Assembly: GCA_028534125.1 (NCBI GenBank)
Contig: CM052818.1
Location: forward strand, 9,240,001-9,304,000
Direction: 5' to 3'
Source of the DNA: Lama glama
Lineage: Eukaryota
Length of the DNA stretch: 64,000 bases
Part shown: positions 12,891 to 26,234 of the stretch, in pieces
Layout: each line of letters opens with the position of its first letter
Numbering within the stretch: the stretch's first letter is position 1
Notes under the pieces: model-generated
The model's database searches: none
Told to the model about the DNA's origin: nothing
Seen by the model: only the letters and a program-made list of their open reading frames with translations
Position numbers and translations under genes: made by a program

Positions 12891-14039
12891 TGACACATTG
12901 AAAGAACCCAAAGCAGGTGGTATGGCCAATAAAGGTAGGTGACTACTGGGCGCCTGAAATAACAATCATCTCTGTTGTTTCTAACATAAGAAATCAAAAG
13001 TCAGATAAAGAAGAAAAAGGCAAGATTATCTGAGACAGGTATGGTTGGAAAATTATGGATATGTGGCTTATACATTTGTGTAATCCCTAAACCAAGCGAA
13101 GCACATTAATCCTTTTCAGCCTTTCGCATTTATTATACAGATAAATACAGAGGCCTCTGGCCCTACCTAGGTTTGCTTATATCAAGCTTCCCGGCAGATC
13201 AGGGCCCAACAACCAGGGTGGCTCTTACCCTACCCTGAGCAACACCCCTGCAGATGTCTAAGCTGGCCTTCCATATGTCCCTGCTCTGCTCCTGGCTAAA
13301 GCCAGTCAACTGCTGAAAACCCTGGGATTGGGGCTGGGCCATCCCACCTTCAGCAAAACCATCTTTTTGTTAATGGCCCTAGGTGTTTGATCACTGGGGA
13401 GAAAAAAAATGTAAGAAATTTTATATATAGTTTTTGTTTGTTTGTTTTTTGTTTTGGCTTGTATATGATTCCCCTATCGCTTGGACCATTCTCCTACAAT
13501 GGGCTTCAGTTTCAAGGACACCCTGCTGTGGCTCACTCTACCCTATATGAATTGTGTAGCTTTGCATGCATTCTAAATCAGAAGGCATTCAATCTTTAGA
13601 TCATTTGTGCATGGTTTTCACTTTGGAATGCACTCAGGGTGCAGGGCAAATGCTTGCTGACCCCATGTTTATTTTTTCAGCTGGTGATTGAAGTTCTGGT
13701 CCAGTTATAATAGATGGGAATGCCAATGTCTTTATCCATTTTCAGCTTTATTGCAAATCTTGCATCACATAGGCATGATATTTCTTCTCTCAGCATGTAA
13801 AGTAAAAGTAATTTTCATGTCTGTGTTTCCAAAGTAAATATCATTGTGTTTGCCCCTCACCTCCACCCCATAGAACTATTTTAAAAAGAAAAGACATGAG
13901 TATGGAAGAATAATATTCCAAGCTTCTGGGGGAATGTTATTAATAAATGAGTCTATAAAGGCTGTTTTAAAAAATGTTCTATTCTATAACCTGTGACTGC
14001 TATTCTCCCTATAGTATGCGCAATAGTACTCCTTTTTCC

Positions 14040-14620
14040 ATGTATTTATTCAATCATTTAATAAATATTGATTGAGTGCTCACTATGAGCCAGATATTGG
14101 GGATACAAGAGCAATCAAGACAGACAAAATGAGGTTCTCACCTTCATGGCACCTATATTCAGTTTCAGGGAGATAGTCAGTAAATAAGTAAATAAATAGA
14201 TAAAGTAATTACAATTGAGAAAAATGCCTTGAAAAAAATAAAGCAGGGGTAATGAACAACTAAGAGAGGCCACTCTAGGTAGGTGGGGTCAGGAAAGGCC
14301 TCTCTCAGTAGAACCTATGAAAAAGCCAGCCATGAAAAGGGCCCTGGGAAAGAGCTGTGGGAAGAGGGGACGACAAGTTCAGAAGCCCAAGGGAGGAAAG
14401 AGCTTGGAAGAAGTTGGAAAGGAGCCAGAGGCCAGTAAAGGCCAGATCATGTAGGATCTCATGGGCCTCCCTACTGAGGTGATATTTACCAAGCAAGTCA
14501 CGTGATCAGATTTATATTTTTAAAGTATCACATCTTCCTTCAGCTGATGTGAGGAATAGATGGGAGGTGGATGGGGAGCCAAGACAGCTGGAGTCCAGTT
14601 AGAAGACTGCAGCAGTTCAA
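14040..14620 (-). mobile_element. L2 LINE 3' fragment
   Basis: attcaatcatttaataaatattgattgagtgctcactatg...tcaggaaaggcctctctca. Confidence 0.8.
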
Positions 14621-15385
14621 AAGAGGCTGCTGCTCTTGTGCCATCAGCAAAATGTACGTTTTAAGTGTTTTCTTCAGCAATGCTCACAGACTTGCACTGA
14701 TTAATTCACATGCATTGTGATATAGTTGGCTAGTAGGGACTCAACAGATGTTACATTCCTTCTCTTGACATCTTTGGTTCTGTGCCTCAGTAGCTGAACA
14801 AATCACCATCTTCAATCTCTGAAAATGCAATAAACACCATTAATTCAATGCTGCAAATGTTTTGAGCACCTGATATGTGTCAGGCACTGTGTTAAGATCT
14901 GGATATTCAAAATAAATGAAACTTGGCCCCTGCCCTCCAGGAAATTAGTCTTGAGAACAAGCAGGCAGCCCACCAGAGGCAAGAAAATCAGTAACAAGAT
15001 AGTGCTTGGCTTTCCTTATTGAGGGAAGGATAAACCCCTCAGAGACCTGACAGCAGAATGATTCTACAGACCTCTAAATGGGCAGGGCAGAGAAGAAGCA
15101 GGAAGACTTAGCTCATGTCAGAAATGAGAAGAGAATTTGTATCCTCAACTTTATTTTACCTACGCAGCTCTCCCTGGAGTGGAGCTCCTAAAGCTGATTT
15201 GCTGATGTGATTTTCTTTTTGCTTCCTGATATCTGGAATCGTGGAGGCCAGTGAGAAAGAGAGGCCCTCTGACTTCAAGGAAGGTTAGAGTCAGGTTATT
15301 CATAAAAAGTGATCTCTTTAATCAAACAAAACATTTCCCACAATGCAATACATGTCCTTCCCTTGACAAATAAAAACAACTTCCA

Positions 15386-15531
15386 GGGGGACGGCATAGC
15401 TCAGTGGTAGAGTATGTACTTAGCATGCACGAGGTCCTGGGTTCAAGTTCCAGTACCTCTATTAAAAATAAACACAATTACCCCCACCTTGCTGATAAAT
15501 AAAACAATTTTTAAAAAAACCAGAAAAAAGA
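15386..15531 (+). mobile_element. Vic-1-like SINE with TSD
   Basis: gggggacggcatagctcagtggtagagtatgtacttagcatgcacgaggtcctgggttcaag; TSD aaaaacaacttcca 15372-15385 / aaaaaaaacttcca 15532-15545. Confidence 0.9.
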
Positions 15532-15714
15532 AAAAAAAACTTCCATGAATCATGACATTTAAAAACTACCTTAAAGGTTTTAAATGTGTGGAAAAGCTCC
15601 TTTAAAAGAGAGACCCCTCCACAACACAACAGCAAGCTAGAAGCTGAGCTCTGCCATTGCTTTTGTTGGAAGCACTTGCATGTCCAAGTTTGTGCGGCAA
15701 AATCGAGTCCTGCA

Positions 15715-15890
15715 GCAGTTCTCAACCCTGACCACACATTGGAATCACCTAAGGAGCTTTAAAATGTATTGATGCCTGGATCCAGCCCCAGAGATTCTTA
15801 TTTAATTGGCCTGTGCTATGTCCTGGGCATCAGCATTTTTTAAAACTGCTTTCCAGGTAATTCTAATGTGCAGCCAGGATTGGGAACTTG
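15715..15890. mobile_element. MER5-family hAT-Charlie MITE
   Basis: gcagttctcaaccctgaccacacattggaatcacct...ccaggtaattctaatgtgcagccaggattgggaac. Confidence 0.8.
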
Positions 15891-16034
15891 TCTGCTAGCC
15901 CATTAAAGAGTGGCACTTGGGGCCAGGGACTAAACTATAGACTCAAAATACAGCACCTTATTTCCACAGACTAGATCTGATTCCCCAGCCATGCACTCCT
16001 ACAGTTCCCTGTATTTTTCCTTCATTTAAACTGT

Positions 16035-16037
<3 letters not shown>

Positions 16038-16086
<49 letters not shown>

Positions 16087-16095
16087 CAGAGAGAC
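16038..16095. repeat. (TG)21 followed by GA-rich tract
   Basis: Read directly. Confidence 0.95.
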
Positions 16096-16191
16096 AAACA
16101 AATAGAGAGGCAGAGGGAGAAATTGCTTGACTAATGTCAAGTCTCTCTGTTGAAATATAAGCTTCATGATTTCAAGGCATCTGCACATCAA

Positions 16192-16925
16192 GGCAGTATA
16201 GTATCATGGTTAAAAACAAGTTTTAGAGTCAATCTGCATTGGACTCCCAGTTGTATTACTTGCCATCTGTGGGACCTTGGGTAAATTCTTAACCATCTGT
16301 ATCTCAGTTTCCTCAGCTAAAAAAATGGGATTGTTGCAAAATTAGTGTTGTTGTGAGATTATATGAGATGTGTGGTGGTTTTAAAATATGTCTGCAAATT
16401 ATTCAGCACTTTTCCCTCCAAAATATACAGCTGAAGTTATCTTCCTTTGAGTATGGGCAACGTAATGACTATCAAATAGAATACAACAGAAGAGGTACTG
16501 TCCTTGAGCTTAGGACATAAAAGACACTGTGGCTTTGAATCATTTGTTCCGGGGAAGTCAGCTGTCTTGTTGTGAAGACAATCAGCTGATGGAGAGGCCC
16601 ATGATGTGAGGAAATGAGGCTTCCTGCCAACAGCCCTGTGAGAGAGCCATCTTGGAAGTGGATCCTTTAGCTCCAGTCAAGCCTTCAGATGACTGCAGTC
16701 CCCGCCAATACCCTGATGGAAACCTCCTGAAAGACCCTGAACCAGAAGCATCCTGCTAAACCGCTCTGGAATTCCTTACCCACAGGAACTGAGGTAATAA
16801 ATGCTTGTTTAGCCATTACGTTTTAGGGCAATCTGTTACCCAGCAATGGACAACTATAAGATGATAATGTTAAAGCACTTAAAATACACAGCAAATACTC
16901 CGTAAATGTTAGTCACTATTGTTAC
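16192..16925 (+). mobile_element. MIR SINE split by an MLT1 insertion
   Basis: MIR core gggaccttgggtaaattcttaaccatctgtatctcagtttcctca before 16370; ataatgttaaagcactta...gtaaatgttagtcactattgtt after 16860. Confidence 0.75.
16371..16858 (+). mobile_element. MaLR solo LTR (MLT1F-like) with 5-bp TSD
   Basis: gccatcttggaagtggatcctttagctccagtcaagccttcagatgactgcag core; TSD AGATG at 16366-16370 and 16859-16863. Confidence 0.8.
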
Positions 16926-17114
16926 TTCCTTGTTCTCCTTTATGTCCTTAGCGCCTAACACCTGCTGTCTATTAGAGGCCCAGTATACAGCATGTGAGTG
17001 AATGAATTGCACACACATGGACACAAAATAAAATAAAGGATCAAGGCAATCATCTGTGGCAATGGTTTCTGAAGTTATTTGAACAAGGATGTTTTCAAAC
17101 AAAATCTTACCTCA

Positions 17115-17590
17115 TGTTATCAGTCAGGGTTGAGGGGGAAAAAAAACCAAACACAGAAATTACCTTAGGTATTTCAAACAGAGGGAATTTAATACTAGGA
17201 ATTGGTTACAGAGGCAATGGAAGAACTGAGAAGCCAAGCGCAAAAGAATGAGGCACCTTAGAGATTAGCCAGAGCAGGAAGCTGCTATTATTCCTAGAGC
17301 TGGATGGACGTGAGAAAAGGTGGTATTGCCAGAGTCCAGAAGTTGGAGCCATGCATATTGAGGCCACAGACGGAAGATTTTGGGGCCAGAGCCATGAAAG
17401 AGGAGCCACCTGAGTCAGAGATAGATGGGAAGAAACATCTTAGCTTCTTCCTTTTCTTGAGCTACAGTCTTTCACCAGTGCATCCCATTGGTAAAATCTC
17501 CCTGAAAGACAGCTAACAAAGGAGCCTGGGAATGAATGTAGTTCCTTGTGAAACAGAGCAGAGCAGAAAGGTGAGGAATGGATCTGATGT
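17115..17590 (-). mobile_element. Old MaLR LTR (MLT1L/M/N-like)
   Basis: tcagtcagggtt...ggtatttcaaacagagggaatttaatactaggaattggttaca. Confidence 0.6.
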
Positions 17591-18039
17591 TTATATATGT
17601 ATATACCTATGTGTGTATATAAATTATATATGTACCTGTTTGTTTATACATGTTTGTACATATGTGTGTATGTGTATGTAAATGCATAGATATATAGAGA
17701 GAAAATGATAAAGCAGATGTCGAAAATGAGTAGCATACACCAAAAAAGAAAACAAATGAAAAGCATTATTGTATTTATTTTATAAGTTTAAATGTAAAGC
17801 ATTTATACTTCTTCTACAATTGGATAAGAACACGTTACTATATTAGGAGTCTCTAGTGTGTTAGAGTTGAAGATAATGGCATATTTGAATGTGCCTGTAA
17901 TTTTCATTTTTTTAATTTTAAATAAAATGCTAGATTTGGGAAACCACTAATCTAGGTGATCAGTCAAAACACTTTTACCCTAAAAATTAATTTTTCTTGG
18001 GCCATAAGTGAAAATATTAAGATGATAAAATTTAAATAA

Positions 18040-18380
18040 ACTCTTGATTAGAAAACTAATGTTATATAAATGTTAATTTCCTGATTTTTATAATAGCGCT
18101 GTGGTTATATAAAAGAACAAGCTTGTTTTTTTTTTTTTTTATGAAGTACATGTCAGAGTATTTAGGAGTAAAGGGGCATCATCATATGTGTATCATGTGT
18201 GCCAAGCTGTTCAGGAAAAAAAAATATTTTATATGAAAAGAGACAGGGAAAATGATAAAGCAAATGTGGTAAATATTAACATAGAAGGAATCTGGGAAAA
18301 GGGAATTCTTTGTACTATTCTTGGAGTGTTTATATAAGTCTGGATTTATTTCAAACTAAATAGTTAAAAATAAATAAAAA
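18040..18380 (+). mobile_element. L1MC/ME-type 3' end
   Basis: aatgttaatttcctgatttt...gtatttaggagtaaaggggcatcat...aatgataaagcaaatgtggtaaa. Confidence 0.75.
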
Positions 18381-18699
18381 TATTTTTGCTTAAAGAACAT
18401 GTGATGCAGTTGGGGTAGTTTTGGGAGGGAATGATTAATAAACTGGCTGAGAAAATAGAAGAAAGATTAACTTTTGGCCAAATCTGAAAGTGGGCCCGTA
18501 TGGTCTCTTTCAGCCTCTGGCAGGCCGCATGGTGTCCAATGGCTGAGAACTTACTGCAGCTGCTGACGTATTCAGCTCTCTTCCCACACACCTCTGGAAG
18601 GTGGAGATGGGAAGAAACAGCCTGGCAGGATTTGCAGAGCATTCCAGTACTCTTAGCTCCCCTCTCTAGTAGCAAGTCTCAAAATGAAAGATTCCAGAC

Positions 18700-18868
18700 G
18701 GTGGTGGGGAGGGTATAGCTCAATGGTAGAGCGCATGCTTAGCATGCATGAGTTCCTGGGTTCAATTCCCAGTACCTCCGCTAAAAATAAATAAACCTAA
18801 TTACCCACTCTTGCCAGAATAAAATAATTAAATAACACAATAATAAATAAAATAAAACATTTAAAAAA
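18700..18868 (+). mobile_element. Vic-1-like SINE, near full length, perfect 13-bp TSD
   Basis: ggggagggtatagctcaatggtagagcgcatgcttagcatgcatgagttcctgggttcaattcccagtacc; TSD aaagattccagac 18687-18699 and 18869-18881. Confidence 0.95.
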
Positions 18869-19279
18869 AAAGATTCCAGACCAGGAGAAGAATTTGGAGA
18901 AATAAAGCGTATTTGTAAATGGAAGAAGATGAAGGAAATATGATACACTTGGCAAGTGAAGGGAAAAATAAATGATCTACTAAATGCATAAAACTGTGGG
19001 ATGATGCTTAAAACTTGAAGACTAGTCTTCTTAAGTCCAAAGAGGAGGTCAGCATATTATAAATTAAATTTCCTAAAAGATCATCTGGTATTAAACAAGT
19101 ACCCCAGCACATGTGAAACTTCATATAGGGGTAAAGAGCTCTGTCTGCTGTAGATTAATGAGAACACTAATCCATAAGTTTTCTCTAAAATCAAGATGTA
19201 GTACCTGAAAGAAAGGCTCAAAAATTGTATCAAACATGGTTTATGGAAAAACTGCTGGCACACAGGGGAAAATGTGTAA

Positions 19280-20000
19280 GGAAAATGAATGGCAATTTAC
19301 TAAGAAGAAATGCAGAATGCCAAAAAATATATATATTTTTTTAAAAATCTGTCTAATAATAAAAAGAAATGTGAATTTATGCAGCAATGAAATATTATTT
19401 TTATCTATCAAATTGGCAAATTGCTTTTTAAAAAAGTCTTAACACCCAGTGTTAGGAAAGGTGGGACAAAGGAATGTGCATACTTATTATACATATCAAG
19501 AAAGAGCAAAAATCGATGCTTTCGAGAGTGTAATTTAGCAATTCATTTAAGCAGACTTAAAAATACACATACTCTTTGACACAGGAATTCTACTTCTAGG
19601 AGTTTATCTTATGGAAATAAGGTTTCCCAAAAGATTTTGCTACAAGGAATATTTATAAACTGGAAAAATTAGAAACAAATGTACTTCTACAATTGGCTAA
19701 TTAAGCCAACATAGATGCTTAACACTGAGTACTATGTAGCCATGAGAAATGACATTTATGTCATTTATGTCTTCCTTTGGGAAAAATAGTTTCAGGAAGA
19801 GGAAAAAGATTCTCATTATATTAAGTATGAAAAGTGAGTTATAAACCAGAAATACCACATTTTTTAAAAGCTTACTTGTGCCTAGAATTTACACCAAAGT
19901 GTTACCTTTGGAGATCAACAAGTGGTAAGATTATGGGCAATTTTAATTTTCTTTCTCTTGATCATCTGTATCTTATAAATTTTCCTCAATCAAAATTATT
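19280..20000 (+). mobile_element. L1ME-type fragment
   Basis: tatctatcaaattggcaaa; ctttgacacaggaattctacttctaggagtttatc. Confidence 0.7.
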
Positions 20001-20668
20001 TTTTAAAGTAGTTGAATTATTTGTATTTAGTTAGTTACAAGTGAAGCTTACAGAAAAAGTTATTGCAGACTTTGTCAGAACCATGAGGTCTCTACTCATT
20101 CGTGCCTTTTCCCAAATAGAAAGAACTAGGATGCCCCTAGGTGGGCTTAGGAAACACAGGCAGGGTCTCTTGGGAAGCTGAGGTTCCCAGCCTGGTAGAC
20201 CACCTCAATAAAAGGATGCAGAAGATGCAGGGTTTGGACAATTGTGAAAATTCTGAGAATTTAAGAATTGGTAGAATCAGGAAATGCAGTCATCACAGGA
20301 ATCCTGGGATGCTCCCTGGTTTAGGAAAAGCAAATTCAGGTCTTGAGTTTTAAAATTGAAATCAAAGAAGAAAGTACTCTTGATTACTCCTGGTATAAAA
20401 TCTGAGTTCAGATATTCTCCTCTAAACTTTAGTTTAATTAAACATATTTTCCCAAAATTATGTTGCTAAAGTCTGAAAATGAAGTTAAATGCTCTAAACC
20501 TAGGAGATGATTCATGTATTTAACCAAGAGCTCATACATAAGAAAAAATATAATTGGTTCTTTTTAAAGATTCATTTGAGTAAAATCAGACTTCAAGTAG
20601 TCTGCTTATGGGGGCTTCTAAAGGACAGAGAGAAACAACACAACTCATTTGAGTTCAAAACACTTTTC

Positions 20669-20829
20669 CAAGGGGTAGCTTGGTGGTAGTGCACACGCTT
20701 CGCTTATATGAGGTTCTGGTATTTCTATTAAAAAGAAAAATTTTTTTTATGTGTATAACTGAATCGCTATGCTGTACACCAGAAATTAACACAACATTGT
20801 AAATTGACTATACTTCAATTAAAACAAAA
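20669..20829 (+). mobile_element. Chimeric insertion: degenerate SINE head joined to an artiodactyl L1 3' terminus
   Basis: ggggtagcttggtggtagtgcacacgctt...gaggttctgg followed by gtgtataactgaatcgctatgctgtacaccagaaattaacacaacattgtaaattgactatacttcaatt; flanked by caaaacacttttc / caaaacacttctc. Confidence 0.7.
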
Positions 20830-22449
20830 CAAAACACTTCTCTGAACCACTCATTCTCTGTCTGGGCCTCTGGGAGACCCTAACCCCTCAAATTCCATAC
20901 CCTCTCCAGAACTCATCCCTTCCCAGAGTACTCAGAGGCAGGATGCTGAAGTCAGGGCTCATCCCAGATACCTTCAGAACTGTAGCCCCAGCACAAATCT
21001 CTGCTCAGAGTAGAAAATTCACGTTCCCAATTTGACAGAAAAATCCCCATGTATACCGAACTGTAATCAGAAACAAGTTATTTCTCCAACCTAGAAGAGA
21101 TATTCTGAATTTCCCAAAGAAATCCTTGAAGAAATCAATTCCTCAAAACTGAAATTGTTACCCTCAATCTGGGAAATTAAATTACATGCTTTCAAATGGA
21201 TATTATGGGCATTGCTTTGTTTTTCAGGGCATACATAGCTCTAATTATACAGACACTGTGCACCAAGGAACCACACGGCGACCATCATGCAATTGAAGAA
21301 TAATTATCAGTTCCTTTCTGTTGTCTAAACCACAGCCACACAATAAAATATTAAAATTGTAAATAACATACTAATTAACCAGTTGACTCTTTGGGCAATG
21401 TAGTACTAGGTGTATATGCCTTGGGAGAGGGAAATGTTTAATCATAAAAATTTCAAGCCTCGATTTTCCCAAACAAAAGGACTTCAAAAGGAAAAAAAAA
21501 ATGCTAAGACTCTACATAGCGTCTAGCTTTAAAAACAAACAAACAAACCAGATGAACTGCCTGTTTTTGCCTTAAGGAAACTATAAAGTATTAGATATCC
21601 AGCTTTGGGGACAATGGAGTCAGAATGTCCACCCTGTTAATTTCATTAATTCATTCAAAATAAGAAGGGTCCTAACCTGTGAAATGGGGTCAGTCAAAAC
21701 TGATCTGACACGATTGATGTGATTACTGTTTAAGCCTGCCTCAGGAGCCTTCTCCCTAAATTACGTTCACATTCCTCCCAAGTCTACAGACATTTGTATT
21801 CAACAAATATTTGTATTAAGATCTTACTAAAGTGTCAAACAAGGAAAATTCCTAGAGAATTTCCTTGATCCCTCCAATTGCCTGGTGCAGTGCTAAGCAC
21901 AGAATCAAACAGAGTCCCCAAATGGCTCATGACAGAAAATTCTAAGATCACTGCCATAAGTTTCATGCCAGCTGTCCCAGCTGCTGACTGTATTAAGGAG
22001 TCAGGTTTTTACCCTCTGAGTATCTACCCTGGCCAAGTACTGTGGATAGATTGAGCCAACTGAGTTGGCATTCAGCCATTTGGGATGTGGAACTAAGAGA
22101 ACTTGGAAATTTCTGTCAAACCCAGCCTCTGATTTTGTGTTCTAGGCAAATAGCCTACAATTACAGGTCAACAAACCCTGCAGAAGAACTCTCATATGGG
22201 AGAGTCAAAGGACTGAAAAATGTAATTCTGATGCTGTAACAGTTTACAGTCAGGCTAGAGATTAAGAATTTGGGTGCTGCTATCAATTATATTTCAATAA
22301 GAATTAAAAAGAAAAAAGAATTTTGGTGCTAGAAAGAACTTTAGGGATAAAGCGATCAGAGTATAGATTTGAAAGTCCTATGCATGTCCACCTCCCACCT
22401 CCTGCTAATTATAGAAGGTCTTCTTATACCCCAAAGGCTAAATAAAAGT

Positions 22450-24000
22450 TTAATTTACTTTTAAAGTAAATTAATCCATATTATTTTTTAGGTAATGCAC
22501 ATACTAATTTCAAAAGGCACAAGAGTATACAGGAAAATGTTTCTCTATCACTCCTGGTCCCTAGCCATCCAATACCCCACCTCTAAAGCAGCCCACGTTA
22601 CAACGTTCTTACATGTAATTGTAGAGATAGTCTGTGCATTTATGACCATGTAAATGTGGAGAGAGATATGGATATAGATATACTGAAAATAGTGTATTAT
22701 GACTACAATTCTGCTCATTGGTTTTTTCACTTAATTTAGAGATTATAATCTTGGAAATTCCATGTCCATATATGGAGGCCTTCCTAATTTTTAAATTTTA
22801 ATTTTCTAATAAGAAATTAGTCACATGTTTGAAAATTAATTTAAAAATAAATTAAAAGTTTCTCTCTTACCCATGTCTCCAATCACCAGTTGCCATCTCA
22901 TCCCTAGGAAATAAACTTTATTATTTGTTCTTATGTAACTGTCCAGAATTTCTTTATATTTATGCTTATAAGCCAACGCATATGCTTTTTACCCCCATAT
23001 TTTTACACAAAAGGCAGGTATTCTTCTGCACCTTCCTTTTTTCATTTAACAATATGCCTTTGCAGAACTTTACATTTCAGGTTGTGGACAGTTCCTTCCT
23101 TCTTTTATAACAGTTTGAGAGTGTTTTGATTGCTACTGAGTCATGATTTATTTGCTCTTACAAGTTATGTTGTAAGTAAGTAACCTTGTACTTGTGTAAT
23201 TTTCTACATGTGCTAGTATGTGTAAGTTAAATTCCCACAAGAGAAATTGATGGATCAACGGATATGTGTGCTTGTAACTTTGATTGAAATTGTCAGATTG
23301 TCCCCTATACAGACTGTACCAATTAAGCTCCCACCAGCTATGTATGAGACCGTTTCCCCATTCTCTGACCAATACAGAGTTTTTATTTGTTTCACCAAAT
23401 TTTTGACCCTTATCAATTTTACCAAATACGGTGATTTATTTAAGTTTTAATTTCCATTTCTCTTAAGAGTGAGGTTGAGCATCTTTTCATTTCTACAAGC
23501 ATGATTTGTATTTCCTTTTCTGTGAGCTGTGTTTTTATACTTCTGCCCATTTTCACACTATGTTGTTGGTCTTTCAACGATAGATTTGTGAGAGTTTTTA
23601 CATATTAGAGAAATCAACCTTCAGGCCATGCATTGCACATTTTTTTTGATTACTGAAGTCTTATAATATGGTTTAAAGTCTAGTAAGACCAGACTCCCCT
23701 CAATATTCCTCCTGTTCAGAATTTTTCTGGCTATTCTTGTTTATTTTCCCACGTGAACTTTAAAATCAGCTTGTCAAATTCCCAGGAAAAATAATTCTCT
23801 TGGTATTTTTATTGGGATTGTGGTAAATATTTTTGGATTAACTTAGTGAGAATTGATATCTTTATGATGTTGAGCCTTTTGTTCCAAGAACATGGCAGGA
23901 CTATCTGTAAAGTCTTCTGATTCTCTCAGGAGTGTTTTAAAGTTTTATTCAAATGACTCCTGTACATTTCTTGCTCAATTTTATCTTTTTGTTTCTTGGT
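22450..24000 (-). mobile_element. Old L1ME/L1M fragments, antisense
   Basis: gtgaggttgagcatcttttcat; gtgaactttaaaatcagcttgtcaaattcc; ggtatttttattgggattg. Confidence 0.8.
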
Positions 24001-24469
24001 GCAATTATAAATAATGACTCTTCTCCTTAAATACTGAATATTTAGGACATCTGCACATCTGGGTCAATATTCTCTGATTTCAAATATCATATCATGTTTC
24101 TGAAGCAACGTGACATCAATGCCCAAAGCACTCCATGAATTCTCAAATTACGAAATTTTCAGAGTTAATAAGTTGTAATTGATTTTAACTGTTTAAAAAT
24201 CCCACACACAAAGACATGTTGGGGATCTGGCTTTAAAACCTAAGTTAAAAAACAACAACAAAATCCTAAGTTAAAAAAATAGTAAAATCAATAAAAACTT
24301 TCTTTTTTTAAATAAGTTTCCACTACCATCCCTCCAGGCATCCCTAGAAGCAGGGATCTTCTTAAAATGTAAATTGGATCACCTGGCTCCCATGCTTAAA
24401 ATCTTCAGTGGCTTCTGATTGCTCTGCAAATAAAATCAACACCTAAACAAGCCTTGCAATCTGGACACA

Positions 24470-24832
24470 GATCAACAGGGAGGGTCGTCTCTGCTCCATG
24501 TGGCATGAGCTACCCTGGCTGAAGGGCAACTGGAGGCTACCCTTCAAGTTATAAAGTTAATTCTGGCTGTCAGCTGGGGGCATGGGCAGGCTCGCATCTA
24601 CTCCATGTGGACCTCTCCACAGGCTGCTTGCACTTCTTCCCAACACTGGTTTGGTTCAAGAGTGAATGTCTGAGAAAGTAGAAGGTGCCAGCTTCTCATG
24701 GTCTGAGTCCAGAAACTAGTCTAGTATCACTTCTACCATGTTGCAATAGTTAAGATTCAGCGGAAGGGAGCATAATCCTACTTCTTGAAGGGAGAATTGC
24801 CAAAGAATCCAGTACATGTTTTAGAACCATGA
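24470..24832 (-). mobile_element. MaLR LTR (MLT1-type)
   Basis: tctctgctccatgtggc; ctccatgtggacctctccacaggctgcttg; tcacttctaccatg. Confidence 0.6.
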
Positions 24833-25234
24833 CATCCATCTAGATAAAGCAGATTCTCTCTCCAGCCCCTTTGCAGTCATCTTCCTGAAAGAGTGGTCTC
24901 CATCCACTAACTCTTCTTCCTCTCCAGCTAATCTTCTCCACCAAAAGCAATCCACTTCAGCCTCCACAATTGAACTTGTGCTCTCACGTAAGTCATTGTG
25001 CTCTTCCAGGGGCCCTTCTAGTTTGTGGACTGAGGAAGTTAAACCAGACTAGGAATTCTTCGCTTGAGGTCCAAGGACCTCTGAAATTATAGTTTAACCA
25101 CACACTGGTGCGTTTTTTCTGGGCAGGTGCCATTAAGAAGGAGAATTATCTCAGCTTCTCAACAAGATTTGTGTTTCAGAAAAGATTACTAGCCAGTGAG
25201 GGTTCTGCAGGACCTCCAAGCACCTTAGCTTAGC

Positions 25235-25805
25235 CAGCATTTCTTTGGGGGCTTTCTGAGTGTGAGGTACAATTCTAAAAGCTTTACGTTCATGATGTCA
25301 TTTCATCTTCACAGTTACTCTCTGAAATAGGTTTTACCATTATCGCCATTTTACAGATGAGTAAACTGAAATACAGTTTACACAGATGTTGCTATGGACT
25401 AAATGTTTGTGTCTACCCCCAAATTCAAAATGTTGAAATCCTAATTCCAGTGTGACAGTATTTGGAGGTGGAGCCTTTCGGGGTAATGGAGCCCTTAAAG
25501 AAGAGACCAGAGAGCTAGCTAGATCTCCTCCACCATGTGAGGCTACAAGAAGTCAGCAGCCTGCAACCTAGAAGACAGCTTTCACTGGAACTGGACCGTG
25601 CTGGCACCCTGATCTTGACTTCCAGCCTCCAGAACTGTAAGAAATAAATATCTGTTGTTTATAAGCCACCCAGTACATAGTCCTTTGTTACAGCAGCCCA
25701 GACTGACTAAGGATCTAACTCAGGATTACACAGCTGGTAAGCAGCTACACCAGGAATCAACCTGGGCAACCTGGCTTTGGACTCTATATGCTTAACCCGT
25801 ACTCT
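25235..25805 (-). mobile_element. MIR split by an MLT1A insertion
   Basis: ccattttacagatgagtaaactgaaa before the LTR; caggattacacagctggtaag after it. Confidence 0.7.
25390..25713 (+). mobile_element. MLT1A0-like MaLR LTR
   Basis: tgctatggactaaatgtttgtgtctacccccaaattc...ctccagaactgtaagaaataaat...ctttgttacagcagcccagactgactaag. Confidence 0.85.
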
Positions 25806-26234
25806 CCACAGAATACTTCAATCATTTTAATAGATAAAGAGTATTCCAGTGAGATAACAGGCTACATTTTGGGTAACCAGTCCCCTATTCTTTAAACCCC
25901 CTCATTTTACACTGAGAGGATTAGTTCTCAGCGATGTTAACTTTTATTTGTAGACAGGTTGGTGAAGGACCCAGTTCATAATAATAGCTAATGGCTATCA
26001 TTTATTAAGTGCCTACTATATGCCTGGCTCTTATTCTAGGCCCTTTGAATCCTTACCCCTCTATGAGATGAGTATTAGATACGCGGAAACAAACCCCAAA
26101 GGAATTAAGTAATGCCTAAGAGCACACAGCTGGCAAGCATCAGATCTAGGATTAAATATCAGAACCCTTTCTTCTCTGCTACATCATCTCCCGTTAATCA
26201 CAGGCACTCTGCTTTTCAGTGCTCTCTACATGAA

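Noticed and set aside
18706..18780. tRNA-Ala(AGC)-like sequence
   Set aside because: SINE head with A-rich tail and TSD; the same applies to the other copies, so no tRNA gene is called
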